From Chiloscyllium plagiosum (lineage: Eukaryota): 64,000 nt of DNA. The stretch spans positions 79,563,570-79,627,569 of the forward strand of contig NC_057711.1 in the NCBI RefSeq assembly GCF_004010195.1. The letters run 5' to 3'. Numbering within the stretch: position 1 is the first letter of the stretch; every line of letters begins with the position of its first letter. A program made the translations under genes and the position numbers. This document shows, one piece after another, positions 50,339-64,000 of the stretch. The notes below the pieces were generated by a model that searched no databases, was not told the origin of the DNA, and was given only the letters and a program-made list of their open reading frames with translations.

Positions 50339-51054
50339 CATTTTCATGATATTGATTTTCAAGCTTTGAATTTGTAAAGACAAACTTTGTTATAAAATGT
50401 ATTTTGACATTGAGGACAAACATAGATACAACAGTCGCGCCTGTGACACTAATTCATTGTTAGTAACGTCAAGTTACCGGCCCAAATAAAGTTGATTATC
50501 ATTCTGCAAACCCTTAGGTGTGTCATCAGCAGCATAAAACAACTCCTGACAAAATGTCCCCAAAGAATTTTGAGAAATGTGGCATGATTGTAGCCTCTGT
50601 ACCATAATTTGCATAAATAGCCCCTAAGGCAATGAAAATGCTTGTATTTGGTTATCAATTGCTTGCTGCAACAAATCACTTGTCCAGAGCATGACATCTG
50701 CTGCAAACATTAATGAACCCTCGATGGAATAACCCCACCAACCTTGAGGGAACAACTGGTTTTACATGAATAATCCCTGTTAGCATTACAGTTCTGTGTC
50801 ATCATGTGCCCAAGCCACTGATTCCATCTTCCTAAATTTCATGACTCTCCTGCCAGAAGACCAGACCCTGCACCTTAAAGACAGCTGCTATAGACTAATG
50901 TGGGATCCTTTTCAACTCTGATTCCTTGGCAGACATAAATAACACCTTCTACTAATCTGTGTACATTATTATGCCAAATTAGTTCTCTGAGTAAAATAAA
51001 GGTCAGCTTGGCAATATTGCATACTTTGTTTCCTTCCTCAACTGGTTGTTTAGT

Positions 51055-51460
51055 TGTAGTAATGTTGAATCTTGAGTCAGAAAGTATCAGGGCCAGTACA
51101 TGGTTATGGAAGATCCACAGAACTTGCATTGAGGCCTTCTCAGATGAAGCATTAAATTATGGTTCTGCCACCACTTCCCACTCTCTCCACAATCCACCCA
51201 ATGCCATTTTTTTGGAAAAGAAATAAGACCATTCCCGTCTTGCCCAGCACAGTATTTGCCCCTCAGCCAGCACAACAACAAAAAAAAAGTGATCAATCTA
51301 TATTCATTTATCTCATTGATTTTTACAATGTTGTTAGCATCAAATTAGCTACTGGATTTTTCCATTTTACATTGATGATTATATTCTGAAATATGCAATG
51401 ACCCTTGAAACATTTTGGAACCTGTAAAAGGTGCTACATTTGTGAAAGTTATTTTTCTTC
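51055..51460 (+). mobile_element. Highly decayed DeuSINE-like SINE
   Basis: CTTGAGTCAGAA head, CAGATGAAGCATTAAA, ATTTGCCCCTCAGCCA, 3' GTAAAAGGTGCTACAT; collinear with the reverse complement of 6660-7052. Confidence 0.45.
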
Positions 51461-52040
51461 CAAGTGTTCAATTGTGCTGTGCTAGCCCAACTTTTTCAGC
51501 TTCTTTTACGTTAGTTAGCCTGCTCCCAAACAACTGGTTAGAGCCTTCCTAGAGCTCACTACCTGATTATCTGGCAAATCAGAAACTAAGCTGGTTTGTG
51601 TTCAAATGTATACTTATTAGATTCAGCGGCTTTGAGTTTTCATGTTTCAAAATTCAGCTTTGCCATGTACCTTGTCGAGTTAAAGCTGAGAGGTGGACTG
51701 TGCTTTTCTATCCCTTGGCCTTTTTTATAATGCTGCATGATACATTATGTTGACATTGCAAATTAAACAAGTTGCACTGTGTTTTATAATAACTTGCATT
51801 TTTATTTCAATACTTGTTACTTGTTTCAACTACAGTCATCAATATTCTCAATATTTGTAACTATGCTCAGTCAACCAAATACCTATTTTCTGTGTATCAA
51901 AGTAAATTTAACTACCAAAAGTATAGACACTCTTCTCCACTTCCACCAGTCCACTTTTTACAGTTCCTGTTTAATATCATTTTTGGAAAATTCTTCTGAT
52001 TAAAATTCCCTGCATCAGTGTTCTGGGATGTGAAATAATT

Positions 52041-52223
52041 GATTTGGAGACACCGATGTTGGACTGGGGTGTACAAAGTTAAAAATCATACAACACCAGG
52101 TTATAGTCCAACAGATTTAATTGGAAGCATTAGCTTAGTCACCTGATGAAGGAACAGTGCTCCGAAAGCTAGTACTTCCAAATAAATCTGCTGGACTATA
52201 ACTTGGTGTTGTGATTTTTAACA
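52041..52223. mobile_element. Hairpin (inverted-pLTR) Penelope-derived miniature element with 11-bp TSD
   Basis: Arms 52078-52136 and 52166-52222 are near-perfect reverse complements; GTGAAATAATT at 52030-52040 and 52224-52234. Confidence 0.9.
52140..52174 (+). ncRNA. Minimal type I hammerhead ribozyme motif, core intact, on the TLE4 sense strand
   Basis: CAC-CUGAUGA-A-GGAAC-AGU-GCUCC-GAAA-GC-UA-GUA; palindromic AGCU; one mismatch each in helix I and helix II; predicted cut after A52171. Confidence 0.7.
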
Positions 52224-52244
52224 GTGAAATAATTAGTGATTTTC

Positions 52245-52600
52245 ATTAAAACCCATCTACTTTACTAATGTCTATTAGTAAAGGAAAATCTGCTATCCTC
52301 ACCTAGAGGTCTACATACGACTCCATCCACAGTCAGGTTGACTCTTAAATGCCCTTTGAAATAGTTTAACCAGCCATTTAGTAATTCTCAATACCTACAA
52401 AGTCTGATATAAGAAATGAAACTGGATGGGCTTTGCATTGACTAGGGTACCAGAATCCATATTGGCACTTGCAGCCCTGTTAAGTCTGCAAAATCCTCCT
52501 TCCTGGCATCTGAAGGCTTGTCCTGCAGTAAATCAAGCAACAGCCTGACATGCACATTCTCATGAAATACTCTCCATTGTGTTGTATGATACCATTACCA
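52245..52600 (+). mobile_element. 5' region of second LINE family
   Basis: AAAACCCATCT...CTGCTATCCTCACCT leader, then GCCCTGT..AGTCTGCAAAATCCTCCT...CAAGCAACAGCCTGACAT (KQQPD, endonuclease N-terminus). Confidence 0.55.
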
Positions 52601-52799
52601 CGCTGAATGAAATAGGTTAATGAATATGGTGATGCTATGGGCCATTAGCAGCAACAGAATTTAATCACAATCTGTAGCTTTATGGCCTGGCATTTCCACC
52701 ATTCTACCATTAATATTAGCCAAGGGATCAATCCTGTGTCAGTGAAGAGATTAAGAGGTTGTACTCGGAGCAGCACCAGGCAAGGTTAAAATATCTGAA

Positions 52800-55762
52800 C
52801 CAGAGGGTACCAGTATCCTTGGGGGTGGAGGGTAAATTTGCTAATGCTTTCCAGGTGGGTTTAAACTAATTCAGCAGGGGGATGGGAACCCAAATTGTAG
52901 TTCGAGTATACACGAGGTTGAGAGTAGTGAGGTCTGAAATAAGGTTTCAAGGTTGCAAGAGGGCACGGGCAAGCAAGAAGTTGGTTTGAAGTGTGTCTAC
53001 TTCAGTGCCAGGAGCATCCAGAATAAGTTGAGTGAACTTGCAGCATGGATTGGTGCTTGGTACTTTGATGTTCTGGCTATTTCGGAGACATGGGTAGAGC
53101 AGGGACAGGAATGGTTGTTGCAGGTTTCAGGATTTAGATGTTTCAGTAAGAACAGAGAAAATGGTAAAAGAGGGGGTGGTGTGGCATTATTAGTCAAGGA
53201 CAGTATTACAGTTGCAGAAAGGACATTAAGGACTCGCCTACTGAGGTAGTATGGATTAAGATTAGAAACAGGAAAGGAGAGGTCAGCCTGTTTGGGAGTT
53301 TTGTATAGGCCTCCTAATACTCCCTGAGATATAGAGGAAAGGATCGCAAAGATGATTGTCGGTAGGAGTGAGAGTGACAGGGTAATTATTATGGGGGGAC
53401 TTTAACTTTCCAAATATTGACTGTTTTTGTCCAGTGTGTGCAGGAGAATTTCCTGACACAGAATGTAGATAGGCCAATAAGGGGCAAGGCCACATTAGAT
53501 TTGTACTGGGTAATGAACCTGGCCAGGTGTTAGATTTGGAGATAGGTGAGCACTTTGGTGATAGTGACCACAATTCGGTTATGTTTACTTTAGTGGTGGA
53601 AAGGGATAAGTTTGTACCACAGGGCGAGAGTTATAGCTGGTGGAAAGGCAATTATGATGCGATTAGGCAAGATTTAAGATGCATAGGATGGGAAAGGAAA
53701 TTGCAGGAGATGGGCACAATTGAAATGTGGAGCTTATTCAAGGAGCAGCTACTGTGGGTCCTTGTTAAGTATGTGCCAGTCAGGCAGGGAGCAAGTTGAG
53801 TGCAGAAACCGTGATTTACTAAAGAAGTTGAATCTCTTGTCAAGAGGAAGAAGAAGGCTTATGTTAGGATGAGATGTGAAGGCTCAGTTTGGGTGCTTGA
53901 GATTCACAGGTTAGCCAGGAAAGACCTAAAGAAAGAGTTAAGAGCCAGGAGGGGACATGAGAAGTCGTTGGCAGATAGGATCAAGAAAAACCCTAAGGCT
54001 TTCTGTAGATATATCATGTGTAAAAGAATGACTAGGGTAATATTAGGGCCAATCAAGGATAGTAGTGGGAAGTTGTGCATGGAGTCAGAGGAGATAGGGG
54101 AAGTGCTAAATGAATATTTTTCATCAGTAATCCAACTAGACAAAGACAATGTTGTTGAGGAGAATACTGAGATACAAGCTGCTAGACGAGATGGGATTGA
54201 AGTTCATAAGGAGGAATTGTTAGTAATTCTGGAAAGTGTAAAAATAAATAAGTCCCCTGGGCTGCATGGGATTTATCCTAGAATTCTCTGGAAAGCCAGG
54301 GAGGAGATTGCTGAGCCTTTGGCTTGATCTTTATGTCACCATTGTCTACAGGAATAGTGCCAGAAGACTGGAGGATAGCAATGTTGTCCCCTAATTCAAG
54401 AAGGGAAGTAGAGACAACCCTGGTAATTATAGACCAGTGAGCCTTACTTCGGTTGAGGGTAAAGTGTTAGAAAAGGTTGTAAGAGATCGGATTTTTAATT
54501 ATATAAAAAGGACGAAGTTGATTAGGGATAGTCGACACAGTTTTGTGAAGGGTAGGTCATGTCTCATAAACCTTATTGAGTTCTTTGAGAAGGTGACCAA
54601 ACAGGTGGATGAGGGTAAAGCGGTTGATGTGGTGTATATGGATTTCAATAAGGTGTTAGATAAGGTTCATTACGGTGGGGTATTGCACAAAACACAGAGG
54701 CATGGGATTGAGGGTGATTTAGTGGTTTGGATCAGAAATTGGCTAGCTGAAAGAAGACAGAGGGTGGTGGTTGATGGGAAATGTTCATCCTGGAGTTCAG
54801 TTACTAGTGGTGTACCGCAAGGATCTGTTTTGGGGCCACTGTTGGTTGTCATTTTTATAAATGACCTGGATGAGGGTATAGAAGGATGGGTTAGTAAATT
54901 TGCAGATGACACTAAAGTCAGTAGAGTTGTGGATAGTGAGGAAGGATGTTGTAAGTTACAGAGGGACATAGATAAGCTGCAGAGCTGGACTGAGAGGTGG
55001 CAAATGGACTTTAATGTGGAAAAGTGTGAGATGATTCACTTTGGAAGGAGCAACAGGAATGAAGAGTACTGGGGCTAATAGTAAGATTCTTGGTAGTGTA
55101 GATGAGCAGAGAGATCTCAATGTCCATGTATATGCCAACCAGGTTGATAGGACTGTTAAGAAGGCATATGGCGTGTTAGCTTTTATTGGTAGAGGGATTG
55201 AGTTTCAGAACCATGAAATCATGCTGCAGCTGTACTAAACTCTGGTGCAGCTGCACTTGGGAGTATAACATACAGTTCTGGTCACCGCATTATAGGAAGA
55301 ATGTGGAAGCTTTGGAAAAGGTTCAGAGGAGATTTCCTAGGATTGTTGCATGTTATAGAGGGAAGATCTTACAACAAAGTCTGAGGTACTTGAAGCTGTT
55401 TTCATTGGAGAGAAGAAGGTGACTTAATTGAAACATGTAAGATAATCAGAAGGTTGGATAGGGTGGACAGTGAGAGCCGTTTTCCTCGGATGGTGATGGC
55501 TAGCACAAGGGGGCATAGCTTTAAATTGAGGGGTAATAGATGTAGGACAGATGTCAGTGGTTGTTTCTTTACTCAGAGTGTAGTAGGGGTGTCGAATGCC
55601 CTGCCTGCAACAGTAGTTGACTCGCCAACTTTAAGGGCATTTAAATGGTCATTGGACGAGGATGGAATAGTGTAGGTTAGATGGGTTTCAGATTGGTTTC
55701 ACAGGTCGGTGCAATGTTGAGGGCGAAGGGCGTGTACTGTGCTGCAATGTTCTGTGTTCTAG
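52800..55762 (+). mobile_element. Long CR1 LINE (ORF1 end, ORF2 endonuclease and RT, tail), disrupted
   Basis: LKCVYFSARSI...ISETW...KRGGGVALLVK; GDSDHN; RT ORF 54437-55078 with VYMDFNK, GVPQGSVLGP, KFADDTK; tail GGCGAAGGGCGTGTACTGTGCTG. Confidence 0.96.
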
Positions 55763-56865
55763 GTGTGTGAAGATACAACTCAAGACTATTTACGTGCCAA
55801 ACAGTATGAGCAGCTTGTAATTGACAAAACTGAGCAATTCCACAATAAACAGATTAGACCTAAGCTCTGCAGTTCTGCCACTTCTAGTTGTGAATGGTGG
55901 ACAAATAAACAGTGTACTAGAGCAGTAGGAGGTTCCACAAATATCCACATCCTCCATGATGGGATAGTCCAGACATCAGTGCAAAACCTATGATTGAACT
56001 ATTTGCAACAATATTCTGCCAGAATTGCTCAGTAACATTCAAGCCACACAAGTGCTAGGCAACAGCCATTCTTCAACAGGAATACTGAAGCACTTTGTCT
56101 TGACATGCCATTTGTGCCATCATTGAATCTGCTACTATCAGCATCCTAGGTCTTACGAATGATCAGAAACTGAATTGAATCAGTTAGAACCAAGGAGACA
56201 AACTCGGAGAATGCTGGACAAACTCAGCGGGTCTGTCAGCATCTGTGAAGAAAGGAATAATTAATGTTTCAAGTCAGATATGATTCTTCTTCAGAGCAGA
56301 TTATAGAGGCTAGACACAAGTCAGGAGTGCTATGAGATTGACTCTACTGGCTAAATGCATGCAGTTCCAATAATGCTCCAGAATATTAGCATTGTTGAGG
56401 ACAAACCAGCCAACTTGATTGGGAACTCATCTAACACCCTCAACATACATTTCCTCTACCACCAACATGCAGTGTCAGCAGAATGTACCATCTCCAAGAT
56501 GAAATACAACAACACACAAAAGTCTTTCGACAGATCTTACAAACCCTCAACTCCTACCACCTGGAAGGACAAGGATAGGGGCAAAAGTGAAGGGAATTAT
56601 CACCACCTGCGATGTCTCCTCTAAACCATGCATCACCCTATCTTGGAACTTTATCACAATGCCATCCCTGTCACTGGATCACAATCCTGGAACTCACCCC
56701 CATTCCCCCACCCCACCCTGCCCCTCCCCAACCCAACATCATAATGGGTGTACTTACACCCAGGATTACAGCAGATCAAGAAGGCAGCTCACCATAACCA
56801 TCAAATATGGGCAATAAATGCTGGCCCAGCCAGTGATGCCCACATCCTTTGAATGAATGAAAAAC
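55763..56865 (+). mobile_element. 3' fragments of second LINE family
   Basis: IRPKLCSSATSSCEWWTNK; tail TGGGCAATAAATGCTGGCCCAGCCAGTGATGCCCACATCC..TGAATGAATGAAAAA. Confidence 0.75.
56195..56297 (-). mobile_element. Penelope-like pLTR relic with decayed hammerhead
   Basis: Reverse complement of 56263-56294: CTGAAGA-A-GAATCA-TATC-TGACTT-GAAA-CATT. Confidence 0.7.
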
Positions 56866-58636
56866 TATATTTTATGAAGATTATAATGTTTCTCTATTAG
56901 AACCTTTGTTTTAATATAGTTCAATTGTGATGCTTTTGCACATCATCCTCGAGTAGTTGGACTTTAATGGCTTTTAGGAAAAACTCAGGAAATTTACTGA
57001 TTTGGAACTGTTTGCATTCCCTCATTCTCAAGTCCAAGATGGCGGAATGTTTACCTTAAGTGGTCCCACTTTTCTTTAATTGCTAAAGACCTCATATATT
57101 CTGTTTGCTGTTTGATGAAGCCACTATCATTATAACTGAATTTTGTATAAGAGTGTCATTGATACAATGCTAGATTTTATGCGCCTCTGACAATGGGTTT
57201 GAAGGCAGAGATTGCTCGTCAGATCTAACACATGCTTCCCTGCCTCTACCACAGTCACATCACTGGAGGAGGTGTTGTCAGCAGCCCTACCAACGGGACA
57301 CTTGAAGTCCCAATATCCTCGTAAGGGTCTCACCCTTCTGCAGCCAGGATTTGATTGCTAATGGGAAAGGCCCCTCACTAATCAGAAAGCAGTGCAAGTT
57401 TTCTTGCATGGGCTGGTAGTGGGCACGAGTGGTACCTCCTTAACTGTCTTGATTCCCCTACCCCGTGATCAGATTCTACTCCCTCCATTGCTTCTTGAAC
57501 CCCAGACCTCTCCCTGGCATTCTCACCACCTTCACCACAGCTTGACCACTTGCCATTTTGCAGCAATCCATGTCCTTATCCAAATCCTGGTTTTATACCA
57601 CATCCCTTTATTTGAAGGCTTGGAGAGTTGCTGGACTCTGATAGGCACCCGGTGACTTCCTGTTCTTGAAATCCTGCCTCCATCCATTATTGGTTAATTG
57701 GCCATTAAATGGTTCCTTTCACTGTGCTCCCCAGCCTCTTAGCCTGGGGAGTTAGGAAATCTAACAGCTTGTGTAATTTAGCTCATAGCTTCAGTGCCAA
57801 AAATATCAGTGGGGTCAGTATTAAGAAGTGAAAGAAGGTCAGCCACAGTGTTAGTCCCTCACTGTGATAATTTGGTACAATTACATTTAGTCAATCTGTT
57901 TGTACATGATATGACAAATCTCGGGTGAGACTTGAGCCCAGACCTCCTGGCTCAGAGGTGGGGACACTGCCACCATGTCACCAGAGCCTCACAATTTGGT
58001 GTTCATCTGCCACAAAATATTAAACCACATAATTTAATATTAAATAAATAATTGGGAGAAAAGTAAAGACTAAATTTAATCTTGGGATTTGGTTGTTCAA
58101 ATTGTATAATAGTTGCACTTCTACAAATTGCTGCACAAAGATTAATTATGTATCCCAGTCTTGGGTTTTATTTGCTGAGTATTAGGTTTCGTCTTTGGCC
58201 TTATTCATTACCCCTAGGGGTGGTGCCTACATACTGTGGAGTGCTGCTTCTGGGTTAGAGTGAGCTGAAGGATTACGAGGCATTTTTGTGTCAGACATTG
58301 GGACTCAATGAGACAGTCAACCAGCTTGTCCTTTGTAGTGAAATCAAATCTCTAGATTCGGTGCTCTTTCTCAGACTTCCCTTTCCAGGAACATGGGTAA
58401 CTGCTACCTTTTTCTTTGAGCTAAACTTCTGCTCCATGTCATGTCTCACCAAAGGTGTTATGTCAATGACATGGAGATCCTGGGCTCTGACTGCATTGTG
58501 AGGTTCAGATCTGTCACTGGTGAGGATGATCTTAAGTAAAAACCATTCAAGAATATTAATGAATTTACTTATTTTGAAGACCATATTGTGCTTGACCTTT
58601 TCCATGTAAGCAATTGCTTAATGGCTTCTATTTTAA

Positions 58637-58888
<252 letters not shown>

Positions 58889-59599
58889 TAAGAATTGATT
58901 TTCTTCCAGAAAACTTCAATGCTGCTCATTATAATGTGTCTTCTGTTGTATCACCTGGCTACTAACCATTGGTGGTTTTCTGTAGTTGGGCAAGTTGGAT
59001 GCCACCATTCCTCCTTTCAACTATTTTACAATAAACAAATCAAACATAATTAAGACAAACAGCCCCTATGGCACCCAAATATAAGGAACATGGGATTGAA
59101 GTGCAATCAAAATTTAGCATTACCTCATTTAAAAAACAAAACTGGGTCGAAAATCTATATAACCATGCCTCAAAAACTTCTCAAGGCTGCAAAAAAAAGC
59201 ATAGGCTTGGAATTCCTCCTTTCCGTGCTTTTAAAAAAAATATTAATGAGTTTGCAAACTCCTACTTTGGTTGTGCCCGGTGGGGCACTGTAACAAAAAC
59301 ACAATCAAACAGTCATCAGAAATTTATAAAAGGATATCAGAAACTTTTCAAAATTACATTAAAATGCCATTTCCAGAGATGGTGTGCTTTCTTCCTTCTA
59401 ATTATCAGTGGTAGAGCACAAAAGGGTCTTATCGAGAAACGACACTTGTCTCAACTAATGAGGTATTATTTTTGCATATTAACCATACGTACAATGTTGT
59501 CATTAAACATTTAGCCTAGCTAGGTAAAGAAAACCCTCCAAATTCACAAATTAAAAAAAATAACCTACTTTAAACTAACTTATTAAGGATTAACACACC

Positions 59600-59870
59600 T
59601 CAGTTGGCAGCAGTATAAACCTTGAGTATGTAGGTTATGGATTCAAGCTTCACCACAAATTGTGATTTAGGGCAGGCTTTAAGTTCTCCAACATTGGATG
59701 TGCTGTTTTCTAAAACATCAACTGCTCAGATGAGTCGGAAAGATTTCATTACATGATTTTGAAATAGGAAAGGAGTTCCCGAATCTCCTGCTGAACCTTT
59801 CTCCTTCACCCAACACAAGTAAATCAAATTATCTGATGCATGGAATCAGTTAATATTTTTGGGATCTTGT
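59600..59870 (+). mobile_element. Decayed DeuSINE-like SINE
   Basis: CTTGAGT..GGTTATGGATTCAAG head; AAAGAT..CAT, GGAGTTCCC, ATTATCTG, GGGATCTTG blocks. Confidence 0.45.
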
Positions 59871-59879
59871 ATGAATGTT

Positions 59880-60680
59880 TTCTTTTATTTATTCATGGGA
59901 TGTCACCATCACTGTCTAGCCAGCATTTATTGCCCATGTCTGTGTTGCCCTTGAGAAGTGAGGTACTGTCTTGAACTGCTGCAGTCCATGTGCTATCAGT
60001 GGATCCATAATCTGTTTGGGAGGGAATTCCAGAATTTTTACCTGGCGTCAGTGAAGGAATGGGGATATCTTTCCAAGTCAGGATGATGTATGGTTTTGAG
60101 GGGAATTTGCAGGTGGTGATATTCCCATATATCTGCTGCACTTGTCCTTCTATATGGTATTCTTGTGGGATTAAAAGATGCTGTATGTGCGAAGACAGGA
60201 CTTTATCTCCACAATGACTGCAGTAGTTGCTCTTGCCAATACTGTCATGGATATACACATCTGCAGCAAGTGCATTTGTGAGGATGAGGTCATGTATGTT
60301 TTTCCCTCTTGTTGGTTCCCTCACCACCTGTCACAGACCCAGTAAAGCAGTTAAAATCTTTAGGACCTGACCAGTTCAGTAAGTAGTGGTACTGCCGAGC
60401 TGTTCTTTATGGTGGACATTGCAATCTCCCACTCTGAATGCATTCTGCACCATTGCCATCCTCAGTGCTACCTCCAAGTCTGTTCAACATGGAGTAGTAT
60501 TGATTCTCAGCTGAGGGGTAGAGGTAGGTATGCAGTAATCAGCAAGTGGTTTCCTTGCACATGAATCACTTGATGCCATGAGACTTAATGGAGTCCATTT
60601 TCAATGTTGAGGACTCCGAGGGCTGCTCCTTCCCAATATATACCATTGCGTTGTCACTTGTGTTGGATCTACCAGTGGAA
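59880..60680 (-). mobile_element. Second LINE family, internally deleted (endonuclease region joined to 3' tail)
   Basis: ORF 59893-60327 VREPTRGKNIHDLILTN...HDSIGKS fused to the tail GGGCAATAAATGCTGG. Confidence 0.8.
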
Positions 60681-61143
60681 AAGTATACAAGCTGTAAGTT
60701 TCACCTTCAGACCAGCCAGCAGCCTCAGTAATGGCTGCTGTGGGTATCTTCACCAAGAGACTAACATTTCATTGAACCCACTTTCATTGCCTATATCACT
60801 GACTTTATGTGGGCAGGGAACCCATTTCCTTACCAATTAAATACTTGCCTTACCAGTTAAATACAGCTAAAAATCTGAACGTTAATCAATTTCCCTTTTC
60901 TTTCTCAACTGAATCCAAACCAACTCAATTTTCCACCTCTGTGATGAAGATTCAACTCAGTATTTCAGTATAACATTCTTGGTCTGTTTTAAAACTTTTG
61001 AATAATGTTTCATGCCAATATTTTAAGGGTTAAAGATTTCTTTTAAAATGTAAAATTAACATATGTATAGAGTAGAAAGACCACGAACATAATTGTTGAT
61101 GTAATATAAAGAATAAAATGACCCCATGAGGGAATATGCTTAA

Positions 61144-61326
<183 letters not shown>

Positions 61327-61460
61327 TGAGAGAATGGGAAAATTTGTGCAATAAAGATGTTTTGTAAGACAACAAAACCAGGAAAATAGCAAATATGACG
61401 TGATTTTGAATGTCAGATGAACAGAATGTGTTGCAGATTTGTGCCAGTGCAAATTCCCAA

Positions 61461-61527
61461 ATATGCCTTACATTGATTAGTTAAGATTTAGATATGCCTT
61501 ACATTTATTGGTTAAGATTTAAATATG
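61461..61527. repeat. 31-bp tandem duplication (~2.2 copies)
   Basis: ATATGCCTTACATTGATTAGTTAAGATTTAG at 61461 and variant at 61492. Confidence 0.9.
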
Positions 61528-61629
61528 TGCTCTGTAATTCATTATGTTTTTGACATAAAGGTATTAGAATTACTGTTTGCATAAGCAATTGCATTATAAT
61601 ATTGTGGAAATTAACCAGAACTTTTCCAT

Positions 61630-62325
61630 ACCACCACCTATCAGCATTGACAATGTTCTGCTTCAAATTTTTGATAGCTTCCAAATTTAAGTTTCACAAT
61701 CACCTGTAACCTGTCACTTACAATCTACATATACATCAGAAAAGCTTCAGCTATTATGTCCAAACTGAATAAGAGAGTGTGGAACAACAGCAACCTGACA
61801 GAATACTAAACAGCAAGTCTACCAAGCTTGCATCCTCACTGAGATCCATGTTACCTGAACAACTTATGTTAGACAAAGTAAAAGGTTAGACAGTTTTACA
61901 CCTTAGCTGCTTCAAGTGTACCATCTTGGCAGGACAATACTACTAATGCAAAGATCCTAGAGCGTGCTCCTTCCATCAGCATATACTCTTTGCGAACCCA
62001 ATGACCTCTCTGCTGGCTTAGCCAAATTTAGCAGATAGCAGTATAATCAAAATATTTCTGTGTGTTGAAGATACGAAGACGCAGTTATTGACTCTAATAA
62101 CTGAGATATATCACTAACTATTGTGACCTCTGGAAATTGACTGTTTCAAAAGGCAGTGCAAGAGGTGAGGAGAAATGAAAATCTGAGCTGGCTGAGATCC
62201 CAGAGACAATAGAGGCCAGTGAATGATGTACCTTCTCAGCCCATTGTCTTCCTCTGCAGCAAATGTAGCACAGTCTGCCATACCAGAATGGGTCTCCTGA
62301 GCCACACTAGGCAGTGCTTAACACA
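61630..62325 (+). mobile_element. RTE-clade LINE 3' fragment, decayed
   Basis: IRKASAIMSKLNKRVWNNSNLT; QVYQACIL; SWQDNTTNAKILERA; terminal FLCSKCSTVCHTRMGLLSHTRQC Cys/His motif. Confidence 0.8.
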
Positions 62326-62481
62326 AAACTGACCAGTGTGGCAGTAATCTTGTTCGATTAAATGGAAGGCCAACCCAGAAGATTTTGTTGCAAACGCCTG
62401 TTGATCTGTTTATGGACAAAATTCTGAAGTTTATAAATTCATTCCAGCTATCTTTAATGCATGCCTTCAGAATATCAGGAT

Positions 62482-62615
62482 ATTCTTGATGAAGGGCTAA
62501 TGCCTGAAACATCAACTCCACGGCTCCTCGGATACTACCTGACCTGCTGTGCTTTTTCTAGCACAATGCTTTTCGATCCTGACTCTCCAGCATCTGCAGT
62601 CCTCATTTTCTCCAG
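62482..62615 (+). mobile_element. Solo Penelope-like pLTR with core-mutated hammerhead
   Basis: TTGATGA-A-GGGC-TAAT-GCCT-GAAA-CATC (C3 to U; ACGU to ACAU), then CCTGACCTGCTGTGC...CTCCAGCATCTGCAGTCCTCA. Confidence 0.8.
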
Positions 62616-62730
62616 ATATTATGTTAGGACAATTGCAAGATTTTTAAAAAATTGCTCTATTACTTACCAAATGAACTTTCTTGTGGAGGAGAGATTCTAA
62701 AGGTTAATTCTGATTTTTGTTTAATCCTAG

Positions 62731-62946
<216 letters not shown>

Positions 62947-64000
62947 TAAAGGGGGAAAAAGGCTGAGTTTTTTTTGGATATCTAAAAGAGTTCTCTCGAT
63001 CTCCATCCCATCTTGTAGCTATGAGGAGGCTGAAGGGCAAAGGGAGGGAGTGGGCCAGGATGGATGACAAAGAGCTTTCCTCACATAATACCAGAGAGAT
63101 TTTTACTCCAAGGTGTCATCTGCCTGCCTGGTCAGCTTTTCAAATAGGATTGGCAGGAAGTGGAAATTGAAAGAACTATCCAAAGTGGGTTTGTGAGTTG
63201 ATCCTATGGAAGGATTGAGAGCATTTTGTGTCCACCTATCCCATATGGAAAATCACTAAAATTAAAATAAAAGAATTGTGTCTATTGTGACAAAACTGAA
63301 CTTGAATTCTCTTCCTTCAAAGGGACTTCATGGGAAAGTCACACCCACTTCACCCTTAGGCCCACATTTAAAGTAGCAATTAAACTCTAGTAATATCCCC
63401 TTTGCTCAATTTACTCATTGAATATTGAATGACGTTTCCTGCTGATTCCCATCAGGAGTGTATCTTGCCTTCTCAGAAGAATGTTTTTTTCTTATTCAGA
63501 ACTAAGGATTCACCTCAACCATAAACAATTTAGCTGTGAAATTAGATGTGTTTGCAAGTGAAAGTGAGGCCTTTTCAGCAGGCTGATTGTGTAATGATTA
63601 TACAAATAATTTCCAATCTACATTATCTCGCAACCTCATTCAAGCTTTTACTGGTACAGAAAGACCTTTGGTAATTCTTCATGCTTCCTCTTTTATTTGG
63701 ATGTTTTCTGTTTTTCTTATTTTTGATTACTGCTCAATTTAAAGTGAATCTAGCTAATGATAATAAATGCCCTTTTGATTATCTCTTGAAGCAGTTTTGA
63801 TTTATCGGCAAAAAAGGATCAACCTTCTCAATAATTCAAGGTTAATGAGAATAAATCTACCAAAGGTGTGGAATTTAAGTCTGAATGATTCAATTGTAAA
63901 TCCATTGCCATGGTTCCATTACAATGCTATAAACAATTCAACAATGTGTGACAGGAAGAGGTGGAAATTATAACTAGGACACTGCAGCAGAAATAGTAGA

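Noticed and set aside
54437..55078. 213-aa RT ORF as an active retroelement
   Set aside because: Flanking ORF2 segments have multiple stops and frameshifts
59068..59514. 148-aa ORF in an intron
   Set aside because: No recognisable domain or exon-like boundaries; composition reflects A-rich DNA

Overview
Eukaryotic genomic DNA, inferred from its repeat families to be from a shark or other elasmobranch (HE1-type V-SINEs, DeuSINEs, CR1-group LINEs, Penelope-like elements). The whole window lies inside one + strand gene, a Groucho/TLE co-repressor that best matches TLE4. Ten GT-AG exons between 36359 and 62881 splice into one uninterrupted 1516-nt frame covering the CcN, SP and most of the WD40 region; they correspond to about exons 9-18 of the mammalian gene, numbered from recall. 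The first 36 kb is the distal part of one long intron, and the 5' and final exons lie outside the window. The introns contain decayed CR1-group and RTE LINEs, SINEs, a 233-bp solo LTR with an exact 5-bp TSD, a fossil two-gene PIF/Harbinger transposon, and about ten Penelope-derived pieces carrying minimal hammerhead-ribozyme motifs. The most notable pattern is that the two hammerheads with an intact core on the TLE4 sense strand are each preceded by an antisense copy of themselves that could mask them. No database searches or folding computations were run; repeat boundaries are approximate and family names come from motif recognition.
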